This document shows, in pieces, positions 11,101 to 20,773 of a DNA stretch of 40,259 bases. Made by a program: the position numbers and the translations under genes. The notes below the pieces were generated by a model. It did not search any database and had not been told where the DNA came from. It saw only the letters and a program-made list of their open reading frames with translations. Where the stretch lies: NCBI GenBank assembly GCA_004431415.1, contig QPMI01000339.1:1-40259 (forward strand). Reading direction: 5' to 3'. This DNA comes from Cyanophora paradoxa CCMP329. Taxonomy: Eukaryota > Plantae > Glaucophyta. Within the stretch, counting starts at the first letter, position 1; each line of letters begins with the position of its first letter.

Positions 11101-14100
11101 GACGCAACCAAGATCAGAGCCTTATTATCAGCCAGAAGGGGTAGCCGCCAGGTGCGCACCAGCTGGAACCGTCGCCACGGTGGCCGACGTCCACGACGAC
11201 GGCAGTCCCGACAATGCGTGAACGCGTGTCGCGCAGCTCATCTCGACGTTGCCACTGTACGACGGCACAAGACCGACGGTGATGTTCACGCCCGAAGCCG
11301 CAGCATCTGTCGTGGACGCGTTGACTGCATACGGCCCGCCGCTGCCCGAGCTCGAGCAATAGACTTCCACTGTCGTCACGTTCTGGTCGGGCATGTATGA
11401 CACTCGAATGACGGCCTGTGTCGCGTTTGGTGCGCTGACAGAAGTCGACAGCGGCGCCCAGGGCACGGCTGCGCAGCCGAGCACAACGTGCAGCAAGGCC
11501 AATGTGAGCGGTGCAACTGGGAGGAACGCACGCCGCCTCGACAACGCCGAAACCAGCTGAGCGCACCTGCTGGCACCGTCACCACGGCAGCCGACGTCCA
11601 CGGCGACGGCAAGCCCGTCGACGCCCGCACAAGCGCCCTGCAGCTCAGCGCAAAGCTGCTGCTGTACGACGGCACGAGACCGACGCTGATGTTCATGATC
11701 ACGCCCGACGCCGCAGCGCCCGCCGCCGTCGCATTGACCGCGTACGGGCCGCCAGCGCCCAGGCACTGCATTTCGACCGCCGACACGCTTTGACCGGGCG
11801 TGAACGACACGCGCATCGCAGCTTGCGTGGCGTTCCAAAACACGACGGCCGTCTCAAGCGGTGCCCATGGCGCGGCTGCAATAGAGCATGAGATCGCAAG
11901 ACGCAACCAAGATCAGAGCCTTATTATAATTATCAGCCAGAAGGGGGAGCCGCCAGGTGCGCACCAGCTGGAACCGTCACCATGGCGGCCGAGGTCCACG
12001 ACGACGGCAGACCCGACAACGCGTGAACGCGTGTTGCGCAGCTCAGTTCGAAGCTGCCGCTGTACGACGGTACGAGGCCGACGGTGATGTTGATGCCCAA
12101 TGCTGCAGCATCTGTCGTGGACGCGTTGACAGCATACGGCCCGCCGCTGCCCGAGCTCGAGCAATAGACTTCCACTGCCGACACGTTCTGGCCGGGCACG
12201 TATGACACGCAAATGACGGCCTGTGTCGCGTTTGTTGCGCTGCCAAGGTTGGACAGCGGCGCCCAGGGCACGGCTGCGCAGCCGAGCAAGACGTGCAGCA
12301 AGGCGAATGTGAGCGGTGCAACTGGGAGGAACGCATGCCGCCTCGACAACGCGGAAACCAGCTGAGCGCACCTGCTGGCACCGTCACCACGGCAGCCGAC
12401 GTCCACGGCGATGGCAAACCCGTCGACGCCCGCACGAGCGCTCTGCAGCTCAGCTCGAAGCTGCCGATGTAAGACGGCACCAACCCGATGCTGACGTTCA
12501 CGCCCAATGCAGCAGCATCGGTCGTGGACGCGTTGACTGCATACGGCCCGCCGATGACCGAGCTCGAGCAAAAGACTTCCACAGACGTCACGTTCTGGTC
12601 GGGCATGTATGCCACTCGAATGTCTGCCTGTGTAGCGTTTGTTGCGCTGGCGAAATTCGACAGCGGCGCCCAGGGCGCGGCTGCGCAGTCAGGCAGAACG
12701 GGCGACCAGGCGGATGTGAGCGGAGCAACTGGGGAGGAGGCCTTGAAAACTCGAGCTCAGAATACAGCCGAGCGCACCTGCTGGCACCGTCACCATGGCG
12801 GCCGACGTCAACGTCGACGACAGACCTGTCGACGCCCGCACGAGCGCCTTGCAGCTCAGCGCAAAGCTGCCGCTGTACGACGGCACGAGACCAACGCTGA
12901 TGTTCACGCCCGACGCCGCAGCGTCCGTCACCGTCGCATTGACCGCGTACGGGCCGCCAGCGCCCAGGCACTGCATTTCGACCGCCGACGCGCTTTGACC
13001 GGGCGTGAACGACACGCGCACCACTGCTTGCGTGGCATTCCAAAACACGACGGCCGTCTCAAGCGGCGCCCATGGCACGGCTGCAGGATGGCATGAGATC
13101 GCAAGACGCAACCAAGATCAGAGCCTTATTATCAGCCAGAAGGGGTAGCCGCCAGGTGCGCACCAGCTGGAACCGTCGCCACGGTGGCCGACGTCCACGA
13201 CGACGGCAGTCCCGACAATGCGTGAACGCGTGTCGCGCAGCTCATCTCGACGTTGCCACTGTACGACGGCACAAGACCGACGGTGATGTTCACGCCCGAA
13301 GCCGCAGCATCTGTCGTGGACGCGTTGACTGCATACGGCCCGCCGCTGCCCGAGCTCGAGCAATAGACTTCCACTGTCGTCACGTTCTGGTCGGGCATGT
13401 ATGACACTCGAATGACGGCCTGTGTCGCGTTTGGTGCGCTGACAGAAGTCGACAGCGGCGCCCAGGGCACGGCTGCGCAGCCGAGCACAACGTGCAGCAA
13501 GGCCAATGTGAGCGGTGCAACTGGGAGGAACGCACGCCGCCTCGACAACGCGGAAACCAGCTGAGCGCACCTGCTGGCACCGTCACCACGGCGGCCGACG
13601 TCCACGGCGACGGCAAGCCCGTCGACGCCCGCACAAGCGCCCTGCAGCTCAGCGCAAAGCTGCCGCTGTACGACGGCACCAGCCCGACGCTGATGTTCAC
13701 GCCCGACGCCGCAGCGCCCGTCACCGTCGCATTGACCGCGTACGGGCCGCCAGCGCCCAGGCACTGCATTTCGACCGCCGACGCGCTTTGACCGGGCGTG
13801 AACGTCACGCGCGCCACCCCAAGCGTCGCGTTCCAGAACACCACGGCCGTCTCAAGTGGCGCCGATGGTGTGGCTGGCAGACAGTATGAGAACGCAATAC
13901 TAAAGTAAAAGTCTGTTCAGCTGCCGGCGGCGGCCAGGAGCGCACCAGCTGGAACCGTCACCACGGCGGCCGAGGTCCACAACGACGGCAAACCCGTCGA
14001 CGCCCGCACGAGCGCCCTGCAGCTCAGCTCGAAGCTGCCGCTGTAGAGAGGAGGCAGCGCGAAGCTGAAATCGATGCCCGCGGCCGCTGCGTCCGTTACC

Positions 14101-17100
14101 GTTGCGTCTTTCTTGTATGTTACACCGTCGCTCGAGCTCAAGCACTCTGCTGTCACTGACGTCACGCTCTGTTTGGACGTGTACGACACGCGAACGACGG
14201 CTTGCGTTGCGTTCGTGACGGAGGCCGCAACTTCGAGTGGCGCCCAGGGCGCGGCTGCGCAGCCGGGCGGGGACAAAGCGCAAACCGCGTGCGTCAGCAG
14301 CAAGCAGGCATACGCGGCCTTTTCTTAAAGCTTCCGACGAAGGAATCGGACTCACCCGCTGGCACCTTCACCACGGTCCCCGAGGTCCACGCTGACTCGA
14401 CGCCTGTAGACGCGCGCACGAGCGCCCTGCAGCTCAAATCGAAGCTGCCGCTGAACGATGGCGCCAGGTCGATTCCGACTTCGAGGCCCTTTGCATCGTC
14501 GTCCGTCGCTGTCGCGTTGACCGCGAATAGGCCCGTGGCGCCCGAACATTCCACTTGTGCCGATGTGACGTTCTCTCCCGGCGTGAACGAGACGAGCACC
14601 ACGACTCGCGTGGCATTCACGGAAACGACGCCCGCCTCCAGCGGCCCGGCTGCGACAAGGCAGAACAAGGCGCTGTTCAGGCTATGGCTGAGAGGGCTCT
14701 GGCCGATTCCGAGGCCAAGTCCGCGCGAGTGCACCTGGTTCGTACTCGAAGGGGCCGGCGCAGCGGGTGTCCGACACAGAGAGCGTGAAGCTGCCGCTGG
14801 TGGGAGAGGTCCCCAACGCGGCTGCGCATCCGTTAGCAGGCCGCCGCATGGCACACGAACATCCCCTTCCAAGCATATAGCGATCACACCGGAAGCGATC
14901 ACAAACCAGCCGCCCCAATACCACTCGTCATTCGCAAAGAACAATCGACTCGCACCTTCCACAATGACGTAGTACGGGTGGTTTGGCATCAGCGTGTAAT
15001 ACTTCTTGTCTGTCACGAGCAGCGAGCAGCTCCCTGACACTAAACGATGCCTCAGCACACGGCGTTGGCCAGACGCGGCGACGAAACGCACCGCTCGCGA
15101 TGAAGAGGCTGCCCGCGGCTCCGGGACAGCCGATGTAGAAGTAGAGGTTAATGTTGTCTAGGGGAACATCCGGCTGGGGCGTGCAAACGGAGATGTTTGC
15201 TTGTTTTCTGAGCACAGCGGGCCGTGTCAGATCATCCTGCGCATGCTCACCAAGAGTTCAACTGAGAGACACACGTCGCTCTCGCGAGATTGCGGAGGAG
15301 GAAAAGGGCGCCCGGCTTTCCGGATCCGCCCGCGACGGGCGTGCGCCCCAGCAGCGTCGAGCTCCGCATCCGGCAGAATGAGAGCGGGGAGGCGCTCGTG
15401 TTTGCCGAGCAGTGCGAATCTGTTTGAGATGCGAAAGGCAAGTCAGGGGTGGCGTCGAGAATCGCGGCACGCGGGATGATCGCACATAGTGGCGGAGGTT
15501 GCGAGCCGTCCGATTTGCAAGACTCCGATTTGCTGCACCATTAAAGACCCAGCATATGATTATGCAGATTAAGGAATGAAAAAGCAAAGGATCATGCAGA
15601 CCGCGGAAAATCAACATAAGTGAGGCCGTATTCATTGATCCAGGTAGCTATAGCCCACGTGTTCGTGTTCGACCATGTTCTCTCTCTGAAGTAAGCTATG
15701 TAGTACGTGCCTGCAAGCGTGCACTGTGAGCGTGATTGATTTCAACCGCTGCGCACGTGATTACAATCTTATGCACCAGACAAGAGAACTCTGGTATCAG
15801 TTGAAATGCGGAAACCCAAACCAATACCCTCACTATTTGGCCAGAAGGAGTCGTACATCCACATCTTGCGCTGCAAAGGCGTCTACAATTAGCATTTCTT
15901 GGGCAGACAGCTTCGAATTCCGAGCGGCGCAGCGGGCACACAGCAAGAATGTTGGATGCTGGGTCCGTGGGGCAGCCCTGGGGAGCGCGCTCGCGAAGGT
16001 AAAGACCAAAAGAGCTCGAGCCGAAGGAGGAAGGGGGCCCGCACATCCGTAACGATCATGAACTCGTACGACCAAACACACCAGTGGCCTGCCTCGCGCT
16101 CGACTCGTTATGATCCTCGAAGCTCAAAGAGACTTCAGCAACTGGTCCGCACCTCTGTGAACGCTTCCGCCGTACAGGTCGCCGCTGAAATCGGCGAAAG
16201 GACCGTAACAATCGGACCGGCGGGGTAAGAAGCGATTTCCGTTGTTGTCCAAACGAACTTCTCCGCTGTTCAACGAAAAAGGCAGCTCAAAGCGTTGAAC
16301 GTGATCAGTGAATGCCGGAACGTATGCGTAGTATCCAACTGCAGCCTTTTCGGCCAGCCATTGCAGATTCTGCGCGCCGTGGTGACGGTCATTGCGATTA
16401 CCGCAAGTGGAGGGCCCGCCGCGGCACCTGAACGCTGCGGGCTCGAGCGACGACGAGGTCCTGCGAGCACGTTCCCAGCGGGGTGAACTTGCAGGTGCCG
16501 TCGTCGGTCCAGTGGTCGGGCGCATAATCGTGGTACGGGCACGCGACGGTGTCGAAGACGTCGAGGCGGAAGGCGCCGGACGCGTTGCCGAAGCCGCCCC
16601 ACCGGTACGACGTGAGGCCGGGCCCCGCGACGTTTCCGTACACACTGTTGCCCTGGACGAGGACGTAGTACGTGCCGGGCCGGATCGACGCCCCTGCAGA
16701 CCGGATCCCATTGGAGGGAGGGAAAGACCGAGAACAAGAACGTAGAAAGAATTACCGTATCGCTCTACAATGGGATTGCCATAGACATTCTCTGTCCAGA
16801 ACCACCCGTACAGGCGCCGCTCGTACGACGGCATTGTCGGGTTCCCGATGTAGACCGCGAGCGACGGGTACGTCAATTCGAAGTTGCGCAGCGTGATCTC
16901 GAGCCCGTTGCTGCGCGCCCTCGTCAGACGCCGCGCCGGCATCGAAGGCGGACCGCGCGCACTAGTCCTGCTCGATGCGGAGGCGGGCGAGGAAGACGCC
17001 GGAGGCCTTTGCCGGCTCGGAGGCGGCGTCGAAGTACGCGTCGCCCCACTGCAGCAGCTGCCGGTGCAGCGTGCTCGGCCGCCCGGCGGTCGTGTTTGGT

Positions 17101-20100
17101 GTGAACGAGCACATCCCGATTTCGACCCCCGAGAAGAGAGAGGCGTCGTACGCCGCGGGCCCTACCGCCCCTGTCGCACCTGCATGCGTGTTAAGAGGCG
17201 TTTCGCGGTCTAGCAAAGATAGAAGAACGAGCAGGCTGTAGTTCACCGGGCAGAAGCACTTTGGAGACGCTAAGAAGTCGCTTCGGGCTGCCTTGTCCCA
17301 AGATCGAGGCCCGCATCGCGGCGATCGAGCCGCCCACCATCGCGTCCTCGATGGCCTGCCGGCCTCGAATCATCAGGCGGGCCGCGTCGACCAGCTCGGC
17401 TCGCGGGCGCATGCGCACGGAGAGCGGCGAGCCCAGAAGGGCCTGGAGGTAGAGGGCAGCGACGCCGGCGGCGATGCCGGCGGCGTAGGAGGTGCCGTGG
17501 AAGATGCCGGTGGTGGCGTTGAAGCCGGGCAGGCCGTTCGCGCCCGCCACCGCCGCCGGCCGCAGCGCCGACCGCACGTTCTGCCCGGGCGCGAACAGCG
17601 TGACGCAGCTGCGCAAGCGCAAAGTGAGACTGGCGCGCGAGCTTTTGGCGGGGCCCTGGGATCGACCCGGACCTGCCATAGTTCGAGAAGCCGGCGCGGT
17701 AGTCGTCCTGGTCGCTGGCGCCGACGTTGATCGCCCCCGGCGTGTTGCCTGCGGGCGCGAAATGAGACTCCCGCTGGCTCGGCCCGCGCCACGGGGCAGC
17801 TTGCTGGCGCGCCTGGCATGCTGTTGCACGCGTCGGCGTAGTCGTTGCCCGCCGCCTGCGCAGCGCCGTCGGCTTCGGCGGCGGCGTGAAGCAGTGCGCA
17901 GGGCCCGCACCGTTATTACGACAGAGCGGGCCTCGCGCAGGCGCGCGACGGCGGTTGTATACAGCGCAACGACCTCCGCTTTCGGCAGAGAGGAGTCTGC
18001 ATTGCTCCAGGTCAACGAAACGGCGAGAAGGGTCACGGACGGGCGGCCGCGATTCTGGACGGAGGCGAGGACGTCCTCCAGCCCTGGGCACGAGCGGGCG
18101 GGGCGGTCAGAGCGTTACAGGAGCACTGGAACCAAGGCGCTAGAGGGGAAGGGGCAGGTGAGCTCACCAGCCAGCACATCCTCGTGTCTGGCTCTTGCGG
18201 AGCAGTTGCCGGCGGCCCCGCCCGAGCGCGCGAAGACCTTGACGGAGAGAACGGTGGACCCCGGGGCGGCGCCGAGCGTGCGGCCGGCGGCGGCGGCGGC
18301 GACGGCCGTCCCGTGCGACTCGGGCGAGCAGTCGCTCCCCAGGAGCTCGCTGCCCGGCGCGTACAGCGCCGAGTCGACGTCGTAGAGGGGGACCTGCGCC
18401 GCCGCCGTGTCCAGGCCGCGGTCCCAGGCGGGAGGGGGCGGGGCGCACGACGCGGCCCTCGAGCTCGGGGTGCGTGGCGAGCACGCCCGTGTCGACGACG
18501 TAGATGTCCACGCCGGCCCCGTCCACCGTCCCCCGGTCGAAGCGGCCGTCGAGCGGGCCCGAAGCCTGGTCGAGCCTGCACGCGCCGCCGGGGCTCGGGG
18601 GCAGCCGCGGTCCGGGGGCCGCGCGGGGGCGGGGGCGGGGCACCGGTCGAGGTGCCAGGGGGCGACGTCGCCCCAGGGCTGCGGGCCGTAGCCCAGCGCG
18701 GTGAAGTCCACCGCCTGCGCCGGCGACACCGCCTGCGCCGCGTCGGGCCGGCCCGTGGCGCCGGGGGGCGTGCGGACCGCGTCAGGCGCGACGAGTCTGA
18801 CGAGCGCGTGCGAGCGGAGCGACGCCGCATCCTCGGGCGCCATCCTGCCGCGGCGAGCGAGTTACAGGTAGACGTGGAGGGGGGGAGACGGAAGGGCGGA
18901 GCGATTGGAGGGGGGGGGGGGGAGGGGGGGGAGGGGGGGCGGAGGGTTAGAGAGAGGAAGTGGGGAGGAAATGGAAAGGAGGAGGGAGAGAGGGGGGGGG
19001 GGGGGAGGGAGGGAGGAGGGACTTCGGAAGCGCGGAATAGAAAAGATAGAGCGAATGGGTGAGGGAGGAGAGATGGACTTCATGTTGTGCGGAGAAGGGG
19101 GCGGGAAGAGGGGGTGGGAAGAGGGGGTGGTGGGGGAGAAGTGCATTGCGGCCTCCCGAGAAGAGAAATGCATCCCGAGAGGAGAAGGAGGGGTTGAGGG
19201 GGGACGGATGGGGAGAGGAGAGGGGTTACCGCCCGCGGGGTAGAAGGGGAGCAAAGCGAACCCGAAAGGAGGAGGTGGGGGAAGGGGGAGGGAGGCGGAA
19301 CGAGAATCAGGTAGTGAGGCCGAAGCGCATATGGGGGCCGGGGGAATCGAAAAAAAGATTTTAAAAGGAGCATGATCGGGGGAGGAGCATGCGGGCCAGG
19401 AGGATCCAAAAAGAGGGGCCCCGGGAGGGAGGGGCTGTGGGGCCCGGAGAGAGGGGGAGGGGAGGGGCGGAGGAAGCGAAGGGCCTTGGGGTGGGGTGAG
19501 GGAAGGGGGGGGGGGGGGGTAGGTGAAGGGAAGCAAAAAAGGGGGGGTAGGTGAAGGGGTAAGCCGGAAAGGAGGAAGTGGGGAAAGGGGGTAGGGGGGC
19601 GGAAGGTCAGGTAGGGGGGTCGTGGAGCATATGGGGGCCAGGGAGGATCCAAAAGGGGGGGGGCGGGGAGGGAAGGGCATGGAACAGGGATTGAAGAAGC
19701 ATGCCGGGGGAAGGGGGAGGGGGCAAGGCGGAGAGCGGAGAAAGCGGGAATAACAGGAGGAGGACAGAGGGTACGGTGGGGGGAGGGAGGGGGGGGGTAG
19801 ACTGAGGGGCGGAGCCGGAGAGGAGGGGGCTGGGCGGGGGCACCTGGCGCTGAAGCCGAGGAAGGCGCGGCGGTAGGTGTGCCGGATGGCCGCGCCCCCG
19901 TCCACGCCGCGCCGGTCCGCCGCCGCCCGCACGAGCGCCGCGACCGCCGCGAGGCCCCGCGCCCCCGCCCGCCGGTGCAGCGCCTGCGCAGCCGTCGCCG
20001 CTGCTCCTCCGCGGGGGCGGCGGCGCAGCGCGCACCACGATGTACGGAGCAGGCCCCTCCCGATCCTGGATCGCACTCTGCTCGCCGCTATGAGTTTGCG

Positions 20101-20383
20101 GCTCTGAGCTTGCAGTGGCGACAGGTGGATCGCCGACCGCCAGCGCGGCCGAGGCGTGCGCTGTGACACCGTCGACGTCGACGTCTAGCCGCAGCCGCAG
20201 CCGCAGCCGCGAGGAGCCGAAGGTCAACGCGACGAGCACCAGACCAAGAACAGCGAGCGCGCCGAACACTGGCCGTCCCCGTTGTACATGCCTTGCGATT
20301 ACCGGCGCCGCCGCTCTGCTGGAGGCGGTGCCCCGCGCCCGGCTCACTACGCATGCGCCAGTTTGCAGCACGCGCCAGAACAT
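3755..20383 (-). CDS. Giant multi-exon receptor, copy 1: signal anchor + I9 prodomain + S8 subtilase + PPC-like modules + FN3-like repeats + Kelch-like + SEA-like + TM + protein kinase
   Basis: ATG at 20383, TGA at 3755-3757. Exon phases could be followed through GY..AG introns across the domain junctions examined, e.g. ...IEQD-TA|C-NGLEITL (intron 16911-16962), ...ATVPG|GVFLMKRG, ...LLSLA|GTVPLAAA and ...RPTFL|AIRQTLAEM. No separate start/stop is needed between protease, repeats and kinase. A few junctions in 14.6-15.3 kb are less certain. Confidence 0.8.
3980..5365 (-). CDS. Protein kinase domain (TKL/receptor-kinase-like) of copy 1
   Basis: Spliced motifs LGEGAFGRVY, RAVKEV, REI, HPNVL, GMAYLHHELPRPVAHRDLKPQNILV, VGDFGISR, GTLVYLPPE, KADVWAFGIILMEMATGRRPY and QRPTF. 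All catalytic residues are present. Confidence 0.95.
5759..5830 (-). other. Single-pass transmembrane helix of copy 1
   Basis: AAIGAAAAAGALVVAIGVGFGVYW followed by the basic stop-transfer KRRQRAR, placing the kinase inside (positive-inside rule). Confidence 0.85.
6040..6490 (-). other. SEA-like juxtamembrane domain between Pro/Thr/Ser-rich linkers
   Basis: VEVEFWLTV...FSRFLATALRVELDE|GRVQIAGVRCGSILFHVQ|VLKAVL resembles the SEA strand-helix-'GS-hydrophobic' arrangement (inference from motif only). Confidence 0.5.
6830..8410 (-). other. Kelch-like beta-propeller region of copy 1
   Basis: Spliced peptides AVFCTG|GYVGTTDEAS...LPAMPAPRANH|CMTVFNRTLW|VFGGEGSNGAARNDLI|SYDVSGRVW match the Kelch consensus (hydrophobic-GG, ND..Y, W, P.PR..H). 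Confidence 0.75.
8470..14655 (-). repeat. Array of 16 one-exon ~100-aa FN3-like domains (13 similar + 3 divergent), with a 2004-bp higher-order repeat
   Basis: Unit of ~390-400 bp = exon (PWAP...NATQAV.RVS...C.G.GGPYAVNA...GLVPSYSGSF.LSC...GLPS.WTSAA.VTVPA) plus a short phase-1 intron. Near-identical ORFs recur 2004 bp apart (10312/12316, 10484/12488, 11068/13072). Confidence 0.9.
14660..17175 (-). other. Post-protease region with 2-3 PPC (pre-peptidase C-terminal)-like beta modules, Cys/Trp/Tyr-rich
   Basis: Recurrent motif IRPGTYYVLVQG, LLSGTYYIAYF, LMPNHPYYVIVEG, which resembles the 'GTYY.hV.G' strand of PPC domains that follow secreted peptidases. Confidence 0.5.
17250..18700 (-). CDS. 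Peptidase S8 (proteinase K-like subtilase) domain of copy 1
   Basis: PWHLDR|LDQ, GAGVDIYVVDTGV (Asp 18491-18493), SHGTAVAAAAAG (His 18313-18315), AAGND (oxyanion Asn 17844-17846), AINVGASD..D.RAGFSNYG, VTLFAPG..V.SA, GTSYAAGIAAGVAALYL (Ser 17488-17490). Confidence 0.93.
18780..20060 (-). other. Inhibitor I9-like subtilase prodomain (interrupted by a 999-nt intron)
   Basis: PYIVV...IRHTYRRAFLGFSAR|MAPEDAASLRSHALVRLVAPD matches the I9 consensus (YIV; Y...F.GFSA.L; L...P.V..VE.D). Confidence 0.8.
18845..19843 (-). other. Unusually long polypurine/polypyrimidine-skewed intron
   Basis: Donor GTGCCC at 19843, acceptor CAG ending 18845, phase 2, restoring FSAR-MAPED. The + strand is almost entirely G/A. 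Confidence 0.8.
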
Positions 20384-20604
20384 CGATATCAGCGTGCGCT
20401 CTCTACCGCAGCATCTCTACAGCCAGCGGGTTTCATCTGCTGGCGAAGCTGAACAGGTTGCAGCTCGCCGCGCATGCATATGCGGACCGCGTCAATGCGG
20501 TAATCGGGGCGCGCTGGGATGCCGCAAAGATGCCGCTGGATCATGATTGCCCGTTTACATGTCCGCTTTATCGAAGACGCAAGTGTTCGGCGTCGGATCG
20601 CACG

Positions 20605-20773
20605 CGTTCGGCGAAGTAGGTCGTTCGGCGAAGTAGGGCCCGGGGCGAGTCTCGACAGTGGAGAGCGTTCGCAAGCTGCAAGCTGGAAGCCTGGGTGCCG
20701 CGATGCGCGGTGAAAGCTGGAAGCGTGCCACGGTGCAGCTGGAAGCCCGCAGCTGGAAGACCGCAGCTGGAAG
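20605..20773. promoter_or_regulatory. Clustered short repeats 220-390 bp upstream of the receptor start codon
   Basis: CGTTCGGCGAAGTAGG x2 (20605-20620, 20622-20637); AGCTGGAAG x5 (20681, 20715, 20737, 20751, 20765). A regulatory role is inferred from position only. Confidence 0.3.

Noticed and set aside
9580-13880. Regular repeats as a CRISPR array or satellite
   Set aside because: Units are ~400 bp, protein-coding and carry splice sites; there are no unique spacers or cas genes.
14660-16830. Diversity-generating retroelement (TR/VR) as the source of variability
   Set aside because: Differences include indels and all base types rather than adenine-specific changes, and no reverse transcriptase is visible in the window.
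16962-16964. In-frame TAG after IEQD (also in copy 2 at 37686) suggesting gene end or readthrough
   Set aside because: The G is the first base of a GTGCGC donor; splicing the 52-nt intron gives TAC (Tyr) and continues the frame.
18862-20169. Proline-rich extensin-like ORF
   Set aside because: It is read-through of the pyrimidine-rich intron; removing the intron restores a contiguous I9 prodomain.
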